Below are positions 36,522 through 36,964 of a stretch of 36,964 nucleotides of DNA, piece by piece. The DNA is from Candidatus Ratteibacteria bacterium (GTDB lineage Bacteria > Ratteibacteria > UBA8468 > B48-G9 > JAFGKM01): NCBI GenBank assembly GCA_046296715.1, contig JBKBIN010000011.1, positions 1 through 36,964 on the forward strand, given 5' to 3'. Within the stretch, counting starts at the first letter, position 1. The number at the start of each line of letters is the position of its first letter. Position numbers and translations under genes: made by a program. Under the pieces are notes generated by a model that did not search any database, had not been told where the DNA came from, and saw only the letters and a list, made by a program, of their open reading frames with translations.

Positions 36522-36964
36522 ATGACAGATAGGGAAAGACAAATTAAGATGAAATTAGGTTGGTTTAGACATGTAAAGGAAGTAACAGGAAACGTAGCAA
36601 AGACATGTAGGTATTTTGGTATTTCAAGGAAGACATATTATAAGTGGTATAACAGGTATTTGAAATATGGAGAAGAAGGGTTAGTAGATGGTTCCAAAAG
36701 ACCCAAGCACTGCCCGAGAGCGACTTGTCCTGAAATAATAGAAAAGATTGTATATTTAAGAACCAACTATCATTTTGGCCCTACAAGGATAAAGATGTAT
36801 TTAGAGAGATATCATAATATTCATATTAATAATTCAACTGTTTGGAAAATTCTGAAAAGATTAAATATGAACCGACTACCTTATAATCAGAGATATAAGC
36901 CACACATACAAAGATTTAAAAGATATGAAAAACCAATTCCGGGATATTATCTTCAAGTAGATGT
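36522..36964 (+). CDS. IS481 family transposase, N-terminal part
   Basis: Not in the ORF track. Hand translation MTDRERQIKMKLGWFRHVKEVTGNVAKTCRYFGISRKTYYKWYNRYLKYGEEGLVDGSKRPKHCP...YHFGPTRIKMYL...STVWKILKR...RYEKPIPGYYLQVDV shows HTH domains and the start of the rve core (first catalytic Asp). Open to the window end. Confidence 0.92.
   Translation, partial: MTDRERQIKMKLGWFRHVKEVTGNVAKTCRYFGISRKTYYKWYNRYLKYGEEGLVDGSKRPKHCPRATCPEIIEKIVYLRTNYHFGPTRIKMYLERYHNIHINNSTVWKILKRLNMNRLPYNQRYKPHIQRFKRYEKPIPGYYLQVD

Larger units (their letters stand above)
36434..36964 (+). mobile_element. IS481-family insertion sequence, left part (runs off right edge)
   Basis: Carries an IS481-type transposase. Candidate left end TGTATTAACGATAAAACTTCCAAAGACAGGTAACA at 36434 (IS481 ends start TGT). 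Alternative TGT starts lie at 36416 and 36368, so the boundary is uncertain. Confidence 0.65.

Noticed and set aside
1..36964. CRISPR arrays, tRNA/rRNA genes, prophage or defence islands
   Set aside because: No spaced repeats or GC-rich structured RNA were seen. Intergenic gaps are under 100 nt except 36325-36521. No phage or defence motifs were recognised.

Overview
Very AT-rich (by eye under 30% GC), gene-dense bacterial chromosome segment from a diderm organism, read in the standard code. The gene content resembles the PVC candidate lineages Omnitrophota/Ratteibacteria, which is an inference only. From left to right: (1) the start of a surface-polysaccharide locus on the minus strand (SLBB/Wza-type exporter, Wzz-like co-polymerase, a MurA paralogue, Wzx flippase running off the left edge) with a divergent VanZ-family gene; (2) a glutaminase-less GMP synthase subunit followed by hisH-hisF; (3) HIT hydrolase, EndoQ-family nuclease, LpxB-like protein; (4) MFS, hypothetical, CCA-adding/HD enzyme and two tandem GT4 glycosyltransferases; (5) a long plus-strand housekeeping run nusA-infB-hinT-LptC/LptA-like-SpoIID-hpf-ptsN-ptsI-PGI/PMI-metK-ahcY-coaE-rho; (6) a minus-strand glycan-utilisation-like operon (UroD/MtaA-fold protein, GH2, 1469-aa GH42-like multidomain protein); (7) an IS481-family transposase cut by the right edge. 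Several sigma70-type promoters are readable, mostly with a TAAAAT -10, and two of them imply leaderless mRNAs. I saw no rRNA, tRNA, CRISPR array or prophage. The best candidates for undescribed biology are the GuaA(ATP pyrophosphatase)-HisH-HisF triad, the MurA paralogue inside the capsule locus, and the UroD-GH2-giant GH42-like operon.
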